DNA of 64,000 bases from the NCBI GenBank assembly GCA_037189525.1, contig JBBCJC010000002.1, forward strand, positions 864,001-928,000, written 5' to 3'. Numbering within the stretch: the stretch's first letter is position 1; each line of letters begins with the position of its first letter. The notes under the pieces are model-generated. The model was not told the origin of the DNA. It did no database searches and saw nothing but the letters and a program-made list of their open reading frames with translations. This stretch comes from Gemmatimonadales bacterium (GTDB taxonomy: Bacteria > Gemmatimonadota > Gemmatimonadetes > Gemmatimonadales > GWC2-71-9). Shown piece after piece: positions 40,334 to 50,655 of the stretch. The translations under genes and the position numbers were made by a program.

Positions 40334-42285
40334 CTCGTAACCTCTTTGACCTCGCTCGCGGCGGCGATGAGGTGGTCGACATCCCGCGACAATGCGCGCG
40401 CTGCTTGCGTAGCTTGCGTCAGATCGCCCACCACGCCGCCCACGCCGGCCGATCGCACCCGGATCAGGTCGAAGCGCACGTTCTGCATGGCGAGCACGCT
40501 GGATTCGAGCCGGTCCGCCATGGCGCGACGGCGCTCGAAGAGCTCGTTGGCGGTTCGGAATTGCTGTTCGAGCAGGCGGAACTGCCGGTCGCGCTCCTCG
40601 GACTGCGGCTGGTCCGACAGCTCGACCAGCCGAGCCTTGATCTTCTCGGGCGCTTCGGTGTGACCGAAGCCCTGATCGAGGTCGTTGAGCGTGCGTCCCA
40701 GGTCTACCGCGCGGTTATAGAGCGCCTCGGTCGTTTCGGTCACTTCGGGCAGCATGGCGCGATCGGCGGCGGACAGCTTCTGCATCATGGCCATGATGGC
40801 CGCCCGGTCGGTGTGCACCTGCCGGACCTTGTCGTAGTACGCCCCGTACTCTTCGCTCCGCGGCGGGCCGATCGGCCGCCGGTTCTTGCCGCCCTTGGAA
40901 CTGGCCGCCTCGATGGCATCGTGCGCAGGCGGCCGATTGAGCACGTCGCGCCAGCTGTACCCGGCCTGCCAGAGTTGGGCGTAGCTCTTGAGCAGCGGGA
41001 TACCCATGCCGCCGCCGACGAACAGGAACCACGGGCTGTCGAGGCCCGTCGCGATGTTGAGCAGGAGCACGCCGCCCGTCACCGCTGCCCAGCGAGCGAA
41101 CTGATCGCGCACCTTCTGGACGATCTTCGGTTCGCCGGTGTCGGGAATCGGATGGGTCTCTTCCTGGTTTCGGCGGACCCACTCGCCCCGATCGTTGCGG
41201 ACCCACTGGCCGCCGGCCAGCGAGGCCGGCCGGGACGCGACCGGAGGACGCGGCGCCAACGGGGCGCCGGGCCGAGGCGACGGCCGGCCGGCGAGCGACT
41301 CGAGGTACGCGAGGTCACGCGGGCTGGAGCGTCCGCCCTGTGCGGGCCGGGCTCTGGTGCCGGTCGCTCGCTGCGCCTGTTGGCGGGTCCCGGTCGCGGA
41401 AGGCCGGTACGAGGTGACGGTGCGACTCTCCAGCGCGCGGCGAAGCGCGTCGGCGGTGGCCCAGCGATTCTCGGGATCTTTCTCGAGGCACTGCGCCACG
41501 GCGAGAGACAGGTCTTCCGGAACTTCGGGCCGGGCCAGATGCAGGACCGGAGCGGGCTCGGTGATCTGCTTCATCAGGATGCCCGCCACGGTCGGCGCGT
41601 TGAACGGCAGTTCGCCGGTCAGCATCTGATAGGTCACCACGCCCAGGCTGTAGAGATCGGAACGGCCGTCGATTTCCCGCTCACCGGCCGCTTGCTCCGG
41701 ACTCATGAACTGCGGCGTCCCGATGGCCATGCCGACGCCGGTCAGGGTCGCGCCTGAGGTGCCCGACAGCGCTTTGGCGATACCGAAGTCCGTCACCATC
41801 ACTCGGCCGCGGGTGCCCTCGAGCAAGATGTTGTCCGGCTTGATGTCGCGGTGAATGACCGAGAAACCATGGGCGGCCGAGAGCGCGTCGGCCGTTTCTT
41901 TCATGATGCGCCGCGCTTCGTCCGGGGGCAGCTTGCCGCGCCGCTTGATCCGCGCGCCGAGCGATTCGCCCTCGACGTATCCCATGACGAAATAGACCAG
42001 ACCGAAGCCGTCGCCGACGTCGTGGATCGGTACGATGTGCGGATGCGACAGCCGGGCAGCCGTCTGCGCCTCGCGGGTAAACCGCTCCCGAATTTCTTTC
42101 TGGAAAGCCAACTCGGGTGGTAGGACTTTGATCGCGACGCGCCGCTGCAGTCGCTCGTCGCGCGCGCGATAGACCACGCCCATACCCCCGCGCCCGATCT
42201 CGCCCTCAATAGTATAGGCGTCGCCCAGTGCCTCTTTGAGGCGCTGGGCGAGAGGTCGATCAGTGTGGTCGGTCGGTTCAGTCAT
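40330..42285 (-). CDS. Hanks-type Ser/Thr protein kinase with 2TM segment and coiled-coil tail
   Basis: GRGGMG, VAIK, HRDIKPDN, DFG, GTPQFMSPE, DLYSLG. Confidence 0.95.
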   Translation of the reverse strand: MTEPTDHTDRPLAQRLKEALGDAYTIEGEIGRGGMGVVYRARDERLQRRVAIKVLPPELAFQKEIRERFTREAQTAARLSHPHIVPIHDVGDGFGLVYFVMGYVEGESLGARIKRRGKLPPDEARRIMKETADALSAAHGFSVIHRDIKPDNILLEGTRGRVMVTDFGIAKALSGTSGATLTGVGMAIGTPQFMSPEQAAGEREIDGRSDLYSLGVVTYQMLTGELPFNAPTVAGILMKQITEPAPVLHLARPEVPEDLSLAVAQCLEKDPENRWATADALRRALESRTVTSYRPSATGTRQQAQRATGTRARPAQGGRSSPRDLAYLESLAGRPSPRPGAPLAPRPPVASRPASLAGGQWVRNDRGEWVRRNQEETHPIPDTGEPKIVQKVRDQFARWAAVTGGVLLLNIATGLDSPWFLFVGGGMGIPLLKSYAQLWQAGYSWRDVLNRPPAHDAIEAASSKGGKNRRPIGPPRSEEYGAYYDKVRQVHTDRAAIMAMMQKLSAADRAMLPEVTETTEALYNRAVDLGRTLNDLDQGFGHTEAPEKIKARLVELSDQPQSEERDRQFRLLEQQFRTANELFERRRAMADRLESSVLAMQNVRFDLIRVRSAGVGGVVGDLTQATQAARALSRDVDHLIAAASEVKEVTS

Positions 42286-42505
42286 CCCGCGAGCGCGTTC
42301 CAATCGGCGAAACGTTGTAGCCGCAAGAGCTTACCAATTTCGCTCATGCCTGCCTCCAGGGCAACCGTCCGGGCAGGATCCGTCATACCGATCTGCCCGG
42401 TCTTCCCGAACCCCCGCCAAACTGACATGTTCTCAGGACAGTGTCCTGGCGGAGAGGCAGGTGCCGGAGTCTCTTACGCAGAGATAGGACCGGGGGTTTC
42501 GAAGC

Positions 42506-42563
42506 TAAGTCGTTGATCGACAGGACTTTGATGATTTGGTGGTCGCGATGGCACGGCCGATGC
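42506..42563 (+). promoter_or_regulatory. sigma54 (-24/-12) promoter with IHF-like site, upstream of lon
   Basis: TGGCACGGCCGATGC at 42549-42563 (GG-N10-GC); TAAGTCGTTGAT at 42506 fits the reverse IHF consensus YAA-N4-TTGAT. Confidence 0.7.
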
Positions 42564-42639
42564 CCGAACAGTTTCGATTGCCCGCCATCCGCACTCATTC
42601 CGGGCGGTGGCGTTTGGCTCAAGGGAAGGATTTGAGACT

Positions 42640-45165
42640 ATGAGTGAGCGATTGACTCTCCCGGTGCTGCCTCTGCGTGAGCTGGTGCTGTTCCCGGGGG
42701 TAACGACGCCGATCGGTGCCGGCCGTCCCGGGACGGTCCGTGCCATCGAGGCGGCCTTGGCAACGGAAGACAAGCTCATTCTCGCGCTCTGCCAGCGGGA
42801 GAATACCGAGCAGGTCACCTCCGATGCCCTCTATACCATCGGAACCATCGCGAAAATCGCGCAGGTCCAGCGCGGGCTCTCCGGCATGCAGGTCCTGCTG
42901 CACGGAGAACGGCGCGCCATCGCGATCCACCTCTCGGAACGGGACGGATACCTCGAGGCGATTGCGCGCGACGCTGAAGAACTGGCGCCGCTCAACGCCG
43001 AGGACGCGGCCTTCGTCGGGTTGAACCGGGAAGTGCGCCAGCGAGCCGCCGAGTTGGGCCAGAAGTCTGGTCTCCCGGAAGAAGTGGTGCAGCAGGTCCT
43101 CTCCAATACCACCGATCCGGGCCGGTTTGCCGATCTGGTGGCCGGCTATATAGATGTCGGCGCGGTCCAGCGGCAGGCGCTTCTGGAAACGCTGTCGGTC
43201 GAGGAGCGTCTCCGCCGCGTGCTGGTGCACGTGCAGCGGCAGATTGCCGTGCTCGATGCGCAGGAAGACATCAAGTCGCAGGTCCAGGAAGAGCTGGGCG
43301 AGCGGCAGCGTGAGATGTTCCTGCGCGAGCAGCTCAAGCAGATCCGGAAGGAGCTGGGCGAAGAGGATGAGGCGGACGAGTTGGACGAGCTCAAGACCAA
43401 GCTCGCCAACCTGGACCTGCCTCCCGAGGCGCGGAAGGAAGTCGACCGTGAACTGGGCCGGCTGGATCGGATCGGGCGCGAGTCGATGGAAACCCAGGTG
43501 ATTCGCAACTATCTGGAGACCATCGCCGAGTTGCCCTGGTCCCATCGGACCGACGAACATCTGGACCTGAAGGCGGCCTCCGATATCCTCGAGGAGGATC
43601 ACTACGCCCTGGGCGACGTCAAGGATCGGGTGCTCGAGTTCCTGGCCGTCCGCCAGCTGAAGCAGGCGGAGGAAGCGGCGCAGAAGGAGAGCGACGCGGA
43701 GCGCGAAGACGCGTCCCGGACGGCCGAGGGCAGCACCGCCACCGGCGAGCCGGAGGCGTCACGCCAGCCGCGCAGCACGCCCGGCAACGCGGATGACAAG
43801 GCCCGCGGTCCGATCCTGCTGTTCATCGGTCCTCCCGGCGTCGGTAAGACCTCGGTCGCCAAGTCGATTGCCCGCGCGATGGGCCGGAAATACGTCCGGA
43901 TCTCGCTGGGCGGCGCCCGCGACGAGGCGGACATCCGCGGTCATCGCCGGACCTATGTTGGCGCCATGCCGGGGCGGATCATCCAGGGGCTCAAGCAGGT
44001 GGGCACCAAGAATCCCGTCTTCCTGCTCGACGAGATCGACAAGCTCGGCGTCTCGTTCCAGGGCGACCCCGCGTCGGCCTTGCTCGAAGTGCTCGACCCG
44101 GCGCAGAACGACAGCTTCGTCGATCACTATCTCGGCGTGCCGTTCGATCTGTCCGAGGTGCTCTTCATCTGCACCGCCAACTTCGTGCAGAACATCCCCG
44201 GTCCGCTGCTCGACCGGATGGAGAGCGTCGAGTTTACCGGCTACACCGAGCGCGAAAAGGCTATCATCGCGCGCAAGTATCTGATTCCGCGGCAGCTCGA
44301 AGAGAACGGGCTGGAGCACCGGAACATCGACATCGCTCCGGAGGCGCTCGCCGATGTGATCAGCGAGTACACCCGCGAGTCGGGCGTGCGGCAGCTCGAA
44401 CGGGAAATCGGCAAGCTGGCCCGTAAGGTGGCCCGCCGGATCGCCTCCGGCGAGGTCGACGGACCGGTCACCGTCACCAAGGAGATGGTCGACGAGTTCC
44501 TGGGACGCGCCAAAGTCCATCCGGAAAAGGCGGCGCGGGAAGATCAGGTCGGCATCGCCACGGGCATGTACTACTCGCCCACGGGCGGCGACATCATGTT
44601 CGTCGAAGCGTCGACCATGCGCGGCAAGGGCGAGCTGGTGCTCACCGGCCAGCTGGGTGACGTGATGAAGGAGTCTGCCAGGGCGGCGTGGACCTATGCG
44701 CGCTCACATGCGGCCGGTCTCCGGATTCCCGACGACATGTTCGACCGGGATGTCCACATCCACGTCCCCGCGGGTGCCATCCCCAAGGACGGTCCGTCGG
44801 CGGGTATCACGATGGCCACGGCGCTGGTGTCGGCGCTGTCGGGTCGCCCGGCGCGGCATGACATCGCCATGACGGGTGAGATCACCCTCCGGGGCCGAGT
44901 GCTGCCCATCGGCGGGCTCAAGGAGAAGATTCTCGGCGCGGTTCGGGCGGGGATCCACTTCATCATCATCCCGAAGGACAACGAGGCCGATCTGGTCGAC
45001 TTGCCCGAGGAGGTGCGGCAGCAGGTCACCATCCATCCGGTGACCGAACTGGGTGAAGTGCTGGCGCTGACGTTGCGCGGGGCGTCGTTCAAGGAAGGGC
45101 GGCTGCTCTTCGGCGACGACAACCCGCGGGATGTCGCCCCGCTGGCCATCGGCTATCCGCACTGA
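42640..45165 (+). CDS. lon: ATP-dependent Lon protease
   Basis: [51 protein letters not shown]. Confidence 0.97.
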   Translation: MSERLTLPVLPLRELVLFPGVTTPIGAGRPGTVRAIEAALATEDKLILALCQRENTEQVTSDALYTIGTIAKIAQVQRGLSGMQVLLHGERRAIAIHLSERDGYLEAIARDAEELAPLNAEDAAFVGLNREVRQRAAELGQKSGLPEEVVQQVLSNTTDPGRFADLVAGYIDVGAVQRQALLETLSVEERLRRVLVHVQRQIAVLDAQEDIKSQVQEELGERQREMFLREQLKQIRKELGEEDEADELDELKTKLANLDLPPEARKEVDRELGRLDRIGRESMETQVIRNYLETIAELPWSHRTDEHLDLKAASDILEEDHYALGDVKDRVLEFLAVRQLKQAEEAAQKESDAEREDASRTAEGSTATGEPEASRQPRSTPGNADDKARGPILLFIGPPGVGKTSVAKSIARAMGRKYVRISLGGARDEADIRGHRRTYVGAMPGRIIQGLKQVGTKNPVFLLDEIDKLGVSFQGDPASALLEVLDPAQNDSFVDHYLGVPFDLSEVLFICTANFVQNIPGPLLDRMESVEFTGYTEREKAIIARKYLIPRQLEENGLEHRNIDIAPEALADVISEYTRESGVRQLEREIGKLARKVARRIASGEVDGPVTVTKEMVDEFLGRAKVHPEKAAREDQVGIATGMYYSPTGGDIMFVEASTMRGKGELVLTGQLGDVMKESARAAWTYARSHAAGLRIPDDMFDRDVHIHVPAGAIPKDGPSAGITMATALVSALSGRPARHDIAMTGEITLRGRVLPIGGLKEKILGAVRAGIHFIIIPKDNEADLVDLPEEVRQQVTIHPVTELGEVLALTLRGASFKEGRLLFGDDNPRDVAPLAIGYPH

Positions 45166-45189
45166 AACGCAGCAACCGAAACGCGGTAA

Positions 45190-45225
45190 CAACGAGGGGC
45201 GGTCCGATCGGGCCGCCCCTCGTTG
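45190..45225. terminator. Bidirectional terminator hairpin
   Basis: CAACGAGGGGCGGTCC-gatc-GGGCCGCCCCTCGTTG between the convergent lon and GGDEF genes. Confidence 0.8.
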
Positions 45226-45228
45226 CGT

Positions 45229-46830
45229 TCAGCCGGCGATCATGACCTGATCGCGTCCCTGACGTTTGGCCATGCGAAGGGCGCGATCCGCTGCGCGGAG
45301 GACGTGACTCATCACCGCGCCATGATCGGGATAGCAGGCGACGCCGCAGGACACCCGGACCGCGACCTGATGCTCGCCCGTTTCGACCGGGGCGTCGGCA
45401 ATGGCGCCGCGAATCTTCTCCGCCACGCGCGCCGCGTCCTGAGGACGGCAACGGCGGATCAACGCGCCGAACTCTTCGCCTCCCAGCCGGGCCACCAGAT
45501 CGCTCGAACGAATCGTGGCGCCGATGGCCTGCGCCACATGCACCAGAATCGCGTTGCCCGCCGCCTGACCGTACTGCTCGTTGCTGCGGCGGAAATGGTC
45601 GATGTCGAACAGGATCAGCGCCAGGTGCTCGCCGGCCCGGCGGGCGGACTCGATACCCCGCTCCAACTCCTCAACCAACGACTCGTGATTGAGCAGGCCG
45701 GTCAGATCGTCGCGATGGCTGATCGAGCGCAGCAAGCGGCTTCGGTCGATTCGGGCGCGGATCGACTGGGTGATGAAGGTGCTGGGTCCCGAGTGGATCA
45801 GGATGTCGTCGGCGCCGGCCCGGATCGCGGCGAGGCGATCGTCGTCCGTCAGCGGCGGCGCGATGACCAGGATCGGGGTGATCCGATACGTCGGGGTTCT
45901 GCGAAGCCAGCGAATGGCGGCCAGCGCGGTGGTATCCGGCAGGAGCCAGTCGGTTACCACCGCATCCCAGGTTTCGGATTCCTCGATGGCTTCGCGCACG
46001 GCGGCCGCGGTAGAGGCAATCCGGGTTCGGATATCGCCGGCTTCGAGTGATGCGGCCAGCGCCTGGCCGCTCGTGGTGTCGGCGTTGATGATGAGGACGG
46101 ACCGCGGACCGGTGGCCGCCCGCCCGATGGCTCGGCTCAATCCCAGCAATTCGCGCTCGAGGCGGTTGGCCGGGATGATCGCATCCAGGCTGGCAAACGG
46201 CTGTGCCAGCGGATCGACCAGCCCGGTCGGAGTGACCGCGACCACCGATGCGGCGCGGGCCGGCCCGGGCAGGCCCCAGGTGGCCGCCAGGTCGAAAACC
46301 TCCTGCGAGTCTTCGCCCGTCAATACGACCAGGTCGGGACGTTCCGAAGCCGCCACGTCCCGAGGACGGTAGCTGGGCAGACGCCGATCGACCACGTATC
46401 GGGCGTCCAGGAGGGTCGCTTCGATCAACTCGATCAGGTGCGGAACCGACCCGATCACCAGGGCCCTCCAGCCGAAGGCCACCGACGCGGGCGGGACCAG
46501 TGCCGGAAGGCCCAACTCGGCGCCCGCGCGATCGAAGGTGGCGGCCAGCTGGTCGATCATCCCGGAGATCTGTTCGATCCCGGTGGCGTCGGGCGCTGAT
46601 TGCGTACCAAGCCACTGCTCGGCGGCGCGCGCCGCCGCGCTGACCTCGGGAAATCCGTAGCTGCCGCCCGAGCCTGCCAGACGGTGAAAGCGGACCTTGA
46701 GCGAGGCGGCAGCGTCGGCTTCACCGGCGCGCATGGCCTCTAAGTCTTTGCGCAATTCATTGAGCCTGGCCGGAGCCTCGGCCAGATACTCGCGTCGGAG
46801 CTCTTCGAAAAACTCGTCGGTTCCGTTCAC
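45229..46830 (-). CDS. Hpt-(pseudo-REC)-REC-GGDEF diguanylate cyclase
   Basis: Hpt motif FHRLAGSGGSYG, REC VVTDWLLPD, DDLTGLLN, RSSD I-site, RLGGEEF. Confidence 0.92.
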   Translation of the reverse strand: MNGTDEFFEELRREYLAEAPARLNELRKDLEAMRAGEADAAASLKVRFHRLAGSGGSYGFPEVSAAARAAEQWLGTQSAPDATGIEQISGMIDQLAATFDRAGAELGLPALVPPASVAFGWRALVIGSVPHLIELIEATLLDARYVVDRRLPSYRPRDVAASERPDLVVLTGEDSQEVFDLAATWGLPGPARAASVVAVTPTGLVDPLAQPFASLDAIIPANRLERELLGLSRAIGRAATGPRSVLIINADTTSGQALAASLEAGDIRTRIASTAAAVREAIEESETWDAVVTDWLLPDTTALAAIRWLRRTPTYRITPILVIAPPLTDDDRLAAIRAGADDILIHSGPSTFITQSIRARIDRSRLLRSISHRDDLTGLLNHESLVEELERGIESARRAGEHLALILFDIDHFRRSNEQYGQAAGNAILVHVAQAIGATIRSSDLVARLGGEEFGALIRRCRPQDAARVAEKIRGAIADAPVETGEHQVAVRVSCGVACYPDHGAVMSHVLRAADRALRMAKRQGRDQVMIAG

Positions 46831-47516
46831 CTGCCGCCTCGCACCGATCCGATGATCTGCCGGGCCGAGGCGATGAAGACCGGGTCGGTGCCCCAGTGGC
46901 CGGCGATGGAATCTCCCGATCGACCAGCAAGTAGCGCACCGCGATCGTCGGCCACGAACGCGACCAGCTCTCCGGGCCAGCCAGCTGGTGTGGTCACCGG
47001 TAGGACCGGGGCAAACCCCAGGTCGATGGCCTGGGACGAGCCGAGGTCCAGTGCGACGCCGTTGCTCGCGGCTTTGCGCAGCGCGGGCGTGAGCGGCGGG
47101 AAGGCATCGGGCGGGGCAATGAATCCCACTGCCTGCTGCGCCCGGGCAATTTCATGGGAGAGCAGCCGGATCACGCCCCGGCTCGAATCGAGTTCCACCA
47201 GGGTGGGACTCGGCGGCACCGAAATCGTATCGAGCAGGGCCGAGAGGGTGTCGAGTGCCTGGGCCTGGCCGTTGACGATCCTGGCGATCAGGGTGGCCGG
47301 CGGTTCCGGGCGATAGCGCTTGGGCCGGCCTTCCTCGGCGCGCGCGGCTCCCTTGCTCACCAAGCCCTCGAGGGCGTTGTAGGCGTTGGCGCGCGCCAGC
47401 CCGGCGGCCCGGGCAATGGCGTAGCCGGTGCCGGGCCCGGTGCGAAGCAGCACTCCGTAGAGGAGGCTCTCCGTCGGTGTGAATCCGAAGCCCGTGAGGT
47501 CCGGTGCGGTGGTCAT
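46827..47516 (-). CDS. TrmB-family transcriptional regulator
   Basis: LTGFGFTPTESLLY..TGYAIA..RANAYNALEGLVSKG..P..Y; C-terminal effector domain. Confidence 0.88.
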   Translation of the reverse strand: MTTAPDLTGFGFTPTESLLYGVLLRTGPGTGYAIARAAGLARANAYNALEGLVSKGAARAEEGRPKRYRPEPPATLIARIVNGQAQALDTLSALLDTISVPPSPTLVELDSSRGVIRLLSHEIARAQQAVGFIAPPDAFPPLTPALRKAASNGVALDLGSSQAIDLGFAPVLPVTTPAGWPGELVAFVADDRGALLAGRSGDSIAGHWGTDPVFIASARQIIGSVRGGR

Positions 47517-47520
47517 GGTG

Positions 47521-48627
47521 TTACCCGAGGTGGAGCTGCCAACCGAGATACTTCGCGATCTGCGCCAGCCGAAGCGTCACGTCGAGCACCCGCGATTCGG
47601 GAGCTTTGGTCTCGGCGTGCAGGGGATACCAGTGATAGGTGATCGGGTCGACCGGCTTGGGCTGCGCCTTGAGCGCCTTGGGATGCCAGATGCCCTGTTC
47701 GTCGCACTCGCTCAGCAAGCGGGCCAGGACTTTGGTGGCCGTCGGCGCCGTGTGGAGCACGCCCAGGCGCGCCAGCAGTTCGATGAAGTAGAGTGCCAGC
47801 GGCAGGTCTTTGGGATTGCCCTTGGCATCGGCATCGACCGGATCGCCGAGCAGGAAGGCTTCGGGGTCGATTGCCTTTTTGCCCAGCATGATGGCGTAGG
47901 CCTTCTTCGGCGCCGGCTGCGCGAGGAACTGGCCCAACCGCTCGATGAACCCGGCGCGTTCGCGCTGCAGGTTGGGCATCGCGGCAATCATCGCGATCGA
48001 GTACCAGCTGGGCGGATGGGCTTCGGGGGCCAGGAAGGTCTTACCACCGGCCCGCACCAGCGGCTTGTCCGCCAGCGGGCTCCGCAGGAACTGGGACACG
48101 TTCGAGGCGATCCGATGCGCCGCGCCGCGAATCCGCGGGTCTTCCTGAAAGCCGGCCTCGGCCAGCGCTGCCGCGGCTGCCTCGCGGAAATGCTCGCGGC
48201 CCCATTCGATCGCCTCGGTGCCTTCCTTGGCGAGCTTCTGATATTCGAACTGGAGGCTGGCGTCTTCGTCGCGCGAGAGGATCCGGAACAGGACGCGTTC
48301 GGAGAGCTTGAAGGCTCGGCTGTTGAGCGGAATGCCGAGTTGCAGCAGCCGGCGGTGCTGCGCAATGGTACCGATTTCCTTGATGCCGTCCTTGGCCGAC
48401 GGCGCCAGCCCCAGCAGGTTACCGCCCCAGAGGCCGGTGTCTTTCTGGCGCTTGAGAATGGCCTGGGTGGTTTTGGCAGCCAGCGCGGCTTCCGCCAGAG
48501 CGGCCAGGGTTTCGGGCGACACCGTGTTCGGGGTGCCGAATTCCTGATACGCTCGGAGCTTGATGCTTTCGTTCCCGTGCTCGAGCAACCAGCCCAGCGG
48601 GACCCGATGTTCGGTAGGCAGTTCCAG
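47521..48627 (-). CDS. Hypothetical protein, possibly alpha/alpha-toroid (prenyltransferase-like)
   Basis: VPLGWLLEHG..ILKRQKDTGLWGG and LLSECDEQGIW resemble QW repeats. Start uncertain: CTG at 48627 has GGAG 8 nt upstream; the ORF track uses TTG at 48588. Confidence 0.7.
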   Translation of the reverse strand: MELPTEHRVPLGWLLEHGNESIKLRAYQEFGTPNTVSPETLAALAEAALAAKTTQAILKRQKDTGLWGGNLLGLAPSAKDGIKEIGTIAQHRRLLQLGIPLNSRAFKLSERVLFRILSRDEDASLQFEYQKLAKEGTEAIEWGREHFREAAAAALAEAGFQEDPRIRGAAHRIASNVSQFLRSPLADKPLVRAGGKTFLAPEAHPPSWYSIAMIAAMPNLQRERAGFIERLGQFLAQPAPKKAYAIMLGKKAIDPEAFLLGDPVDADAKGNPKDLPLALYFIELLARLGVLHTAPTATKVLARLLSECDEQGIWHPKALKAQPKPVDPITYHWYPLHAETKAPESRVLDVTLRLAQIAKYLGWQLHLG

Positions 48628-48761
48628 AACGACGTCTCCGCGCTTGAGGGTTGATTCTCAGCCTGCGTCGAGACCTTCTCCCACGGCTCCGGGACCTTCT
48701 CCTTCTTACCTGGTATTGGCTATTACGCTGGCGCGAAAATAGTAGTTGTGGGTAGGAAATA

Positions 48762-49679
48762 CTAGTCCGATGAGGGCCGGTTCGGGCAGGTGTGGGTCCC
48801 GGCAAACTCGCGCACCAGCGACGTAACTGTATCGGGGAACTCAACTTGCGGACGGTGCAGCGCCCTCGGAATGGTGGCGAGCCGGCTGCACGGGATGAGC
48901 CGGACCAGAGTGTCGGCGATCTCGTAGGGGATGACCGGATCGAGCGGTCCCCAGATCAGCAGCACGGGTTGGGTTAGGTCGCCGAATCGTTCCCGGAGCG
49001 CCCGGAAATCGAAATCCGTCAGGACGGCTTCGGCGGCCCGCCGGTAGGCGGAGTCACCGACCAGGGTGTAGTCCGCGGCCGAGTCGGGTTCGTGGAGCCA
49101 GTCGGGATCGTGCTCCGGGAGGACGAACGCCCGGCTCGACAGGTACCAGGCGATGGCACGGGCCCGGCTCGGATACATGGTGTCGGCCACCCCGGCGAGT
49201 CCGACGCCCCAGCCGGCCGGGGCAATCAGCACGGCGGCGCGGATCTGTTCCGGGCGTTGGAGGGCCAGCGCCGCGGCGATTTCTCCGCCCATCGAATGGC
49301 CGACCACGATGATCGGTCCGGGCACCCAGCGATCGACGAAATCGACGAGCCGCCGAGTCATATCGTCGAGCGTGTACGAAGCGGCGACCTTGCTGCTGCC
49401 GCCGAATCCCGGCAGGTCCACGGCCACGACGCGGAAATGCTGGGCTAGCGGGTCGACCACGGCGCGCCAGGTAAAGAGCGATTCACCGAACCCGTGCAGC
49501 AGCAGGAGCGTGGTGTCGCCGCTGCCGGCTCGTACGGTGCGGAGGGTGACATCGTCCGCGGCGAGCCACTCCGCGCGATGGACGGGTCGTTCCGGCCTTG
49601 GCCGTCCCTGCAACAGGGCTGCGCCTACGGCAGCCGGAATGGCCAGCCACCACCAGGATGGGCGGATCAGTCGCCGCAT
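48762..49679 (-). CDS. Alpha/beta hydrolase (Abhydrolase_1/6)
   Basis: LLHGFG, DLPGFGGS, GHSMGG, WG..D..IP, H.PQVE. Confidence 0.9.
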   Translation of the reverse strand: MRRLIRPSWWWLAIPAAVGAALLQGRPRPERPVHRAEWLAADDVTLRTVRAGSGDTTLLLLHGFGESLFTWRAVVDPLAQHFRVVAVDLPGFGGSSKVAASYTLDDMTRRLVDFVDRWVPGPIIVVGHSMGGEIAAALALQRPEQIRAAVLIAPAGWGVGLAGVADTMYPSRARAIAWYLSSRAFVLPEHDPDWLHEPDSAADYTLVGDSAYRRAAEAVLTDFDFRALRERFGDLTQPVLLIWGPLDPVIPYEIADTLVRLIPCSRLATIPRALHRPQVEFPDTVTSLVREFAGTHTCPNRPSSD

Positions 49680-50650
49680 GTGAGCAGGGTCACCGGCGCC
49701 GGCACCAGGCGGGTCATTTCACTCGACAAGACCAGGGTGCTGTCGTCCCACCATGCCAGTCCCTCGCCTTGCGGGTCGAGTCCGCTGACGTCGCAGGCGG
49801 CCTCCAGTCGCATCGGAAGCCGGTCGCTCGCCTGGGCTTTGCGGAACCGGAACACGGTGTTGTAGGTGCGCACGAAGAGCTGCTGGCCGTCGGGCGAAAG
49901 CGCGGCATCCGTCACCAGGCGCGAAAGCAGATAGAGGAGTATGCTGGTTCGGAACGGGAGCCGCCAGATCGGCTCCGCCACCACCGAATCTCCCGCCCAC
50001 GCGGAGGCCGGAATCCAGTATGCGGTTGACGCGCCGCGTCCCCCTTTGGTGAAGATGGCCATGTCGCCCGCCGGCGTCACGACCATCGCTTCGGCATCCT
50101 CGGGGCCGTTGGCGTAGCGGACCACGAGCGAGTCGCGTACCAGAGCGCGATGCGCAGCGACTTCGTCCGCGGTCGGCTCCACGACACGGTAGATGCGCAC
50201 CGCCGGCCGGATCGAGCGATTGTCGCCGATGTCGCCGACGTAGAGGCACCATGCTTCGCCGCAGGGACCGCTGCTCAGGGCTTCCCAATCCTCGTTCCGG
50301 CCGTTGGCCAGGATGACGAATCCCGGATTGCGCGCCAGGGTGTCGATCAGGAAGAGGGTCGGCGGGTTGCCGGAATCGTTGAGCGTCCAGAGCAGGCCGG
50401 GGTGATTCCGGCTGCGGACCAGGCCGGAACTCTCGTAGACCGGCGGCGCCGTGAAAACCCCGCGCTGGCGGACCCGCTGGGCAGGTTTCGGAGTCAGGCG
50501 CTCGCTTTCGACGGGCAACGTGACGGCCTGGTTGCCGCCGTCGAAACGCGGAGGAGGGGGCTCGGCGCCGCACGCCAGGCCGAGTCCGACGGCCAGGGGC
50601 AGCCAAACCGCGGCGGCGCGACCCCAGGGCCGCTCCCGATGAAGCGACAT
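49667..50650 (-). CDS. Exported beta-propeller-like lipoprotein
   Basis: LGLA-C lipobox, ESSGL..LWTLNDSGN, DWEALS, GDIGDN, DAEAM, QGEGLAW; ATG at 50650. Confidence 0.75.
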   Translation of the reverse strand: MSLHRERPWGRAAAVWLPLAVGLGLACGAEPPPPRFDGGNQAVTLPVESERLTPKPAQRVRQRGVFTAPPVYESSGLVRSRNHPGLLWTLNDSGNPPTLFLIDTLARNPGFVILANGRNEDWEALSSGPCGEAWCLYVGDIGDNRSIRPAVRIYRVVEPTADEVAAHRALVRDSLVVRYANGPEDAEAMVVTPAGDMAIFTKGGRGASTAYWIPASAWAGDSVVAEPIWRLPFRTSILLYLLSRLVTDAALSPDGQQLFVRTYNTVFRFRKAQASDRLPMRLEAACDVSGLDPQGEGLAWWDDSTLVLSSEMTRLVPAPVTLLTCGD

Positions 50651-50655
50651 CGGGG

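Noticed and set aside
39527..42285. Kinase plus methyltransferase (next to lon) as a BREX/Pgl-like defence locus
   Set aside because: The methyltransferase lacks DNA-MTase NPPY/DPPY or PC motifs, Lon is the canonical LonA type, and no pglZ/brxC is present
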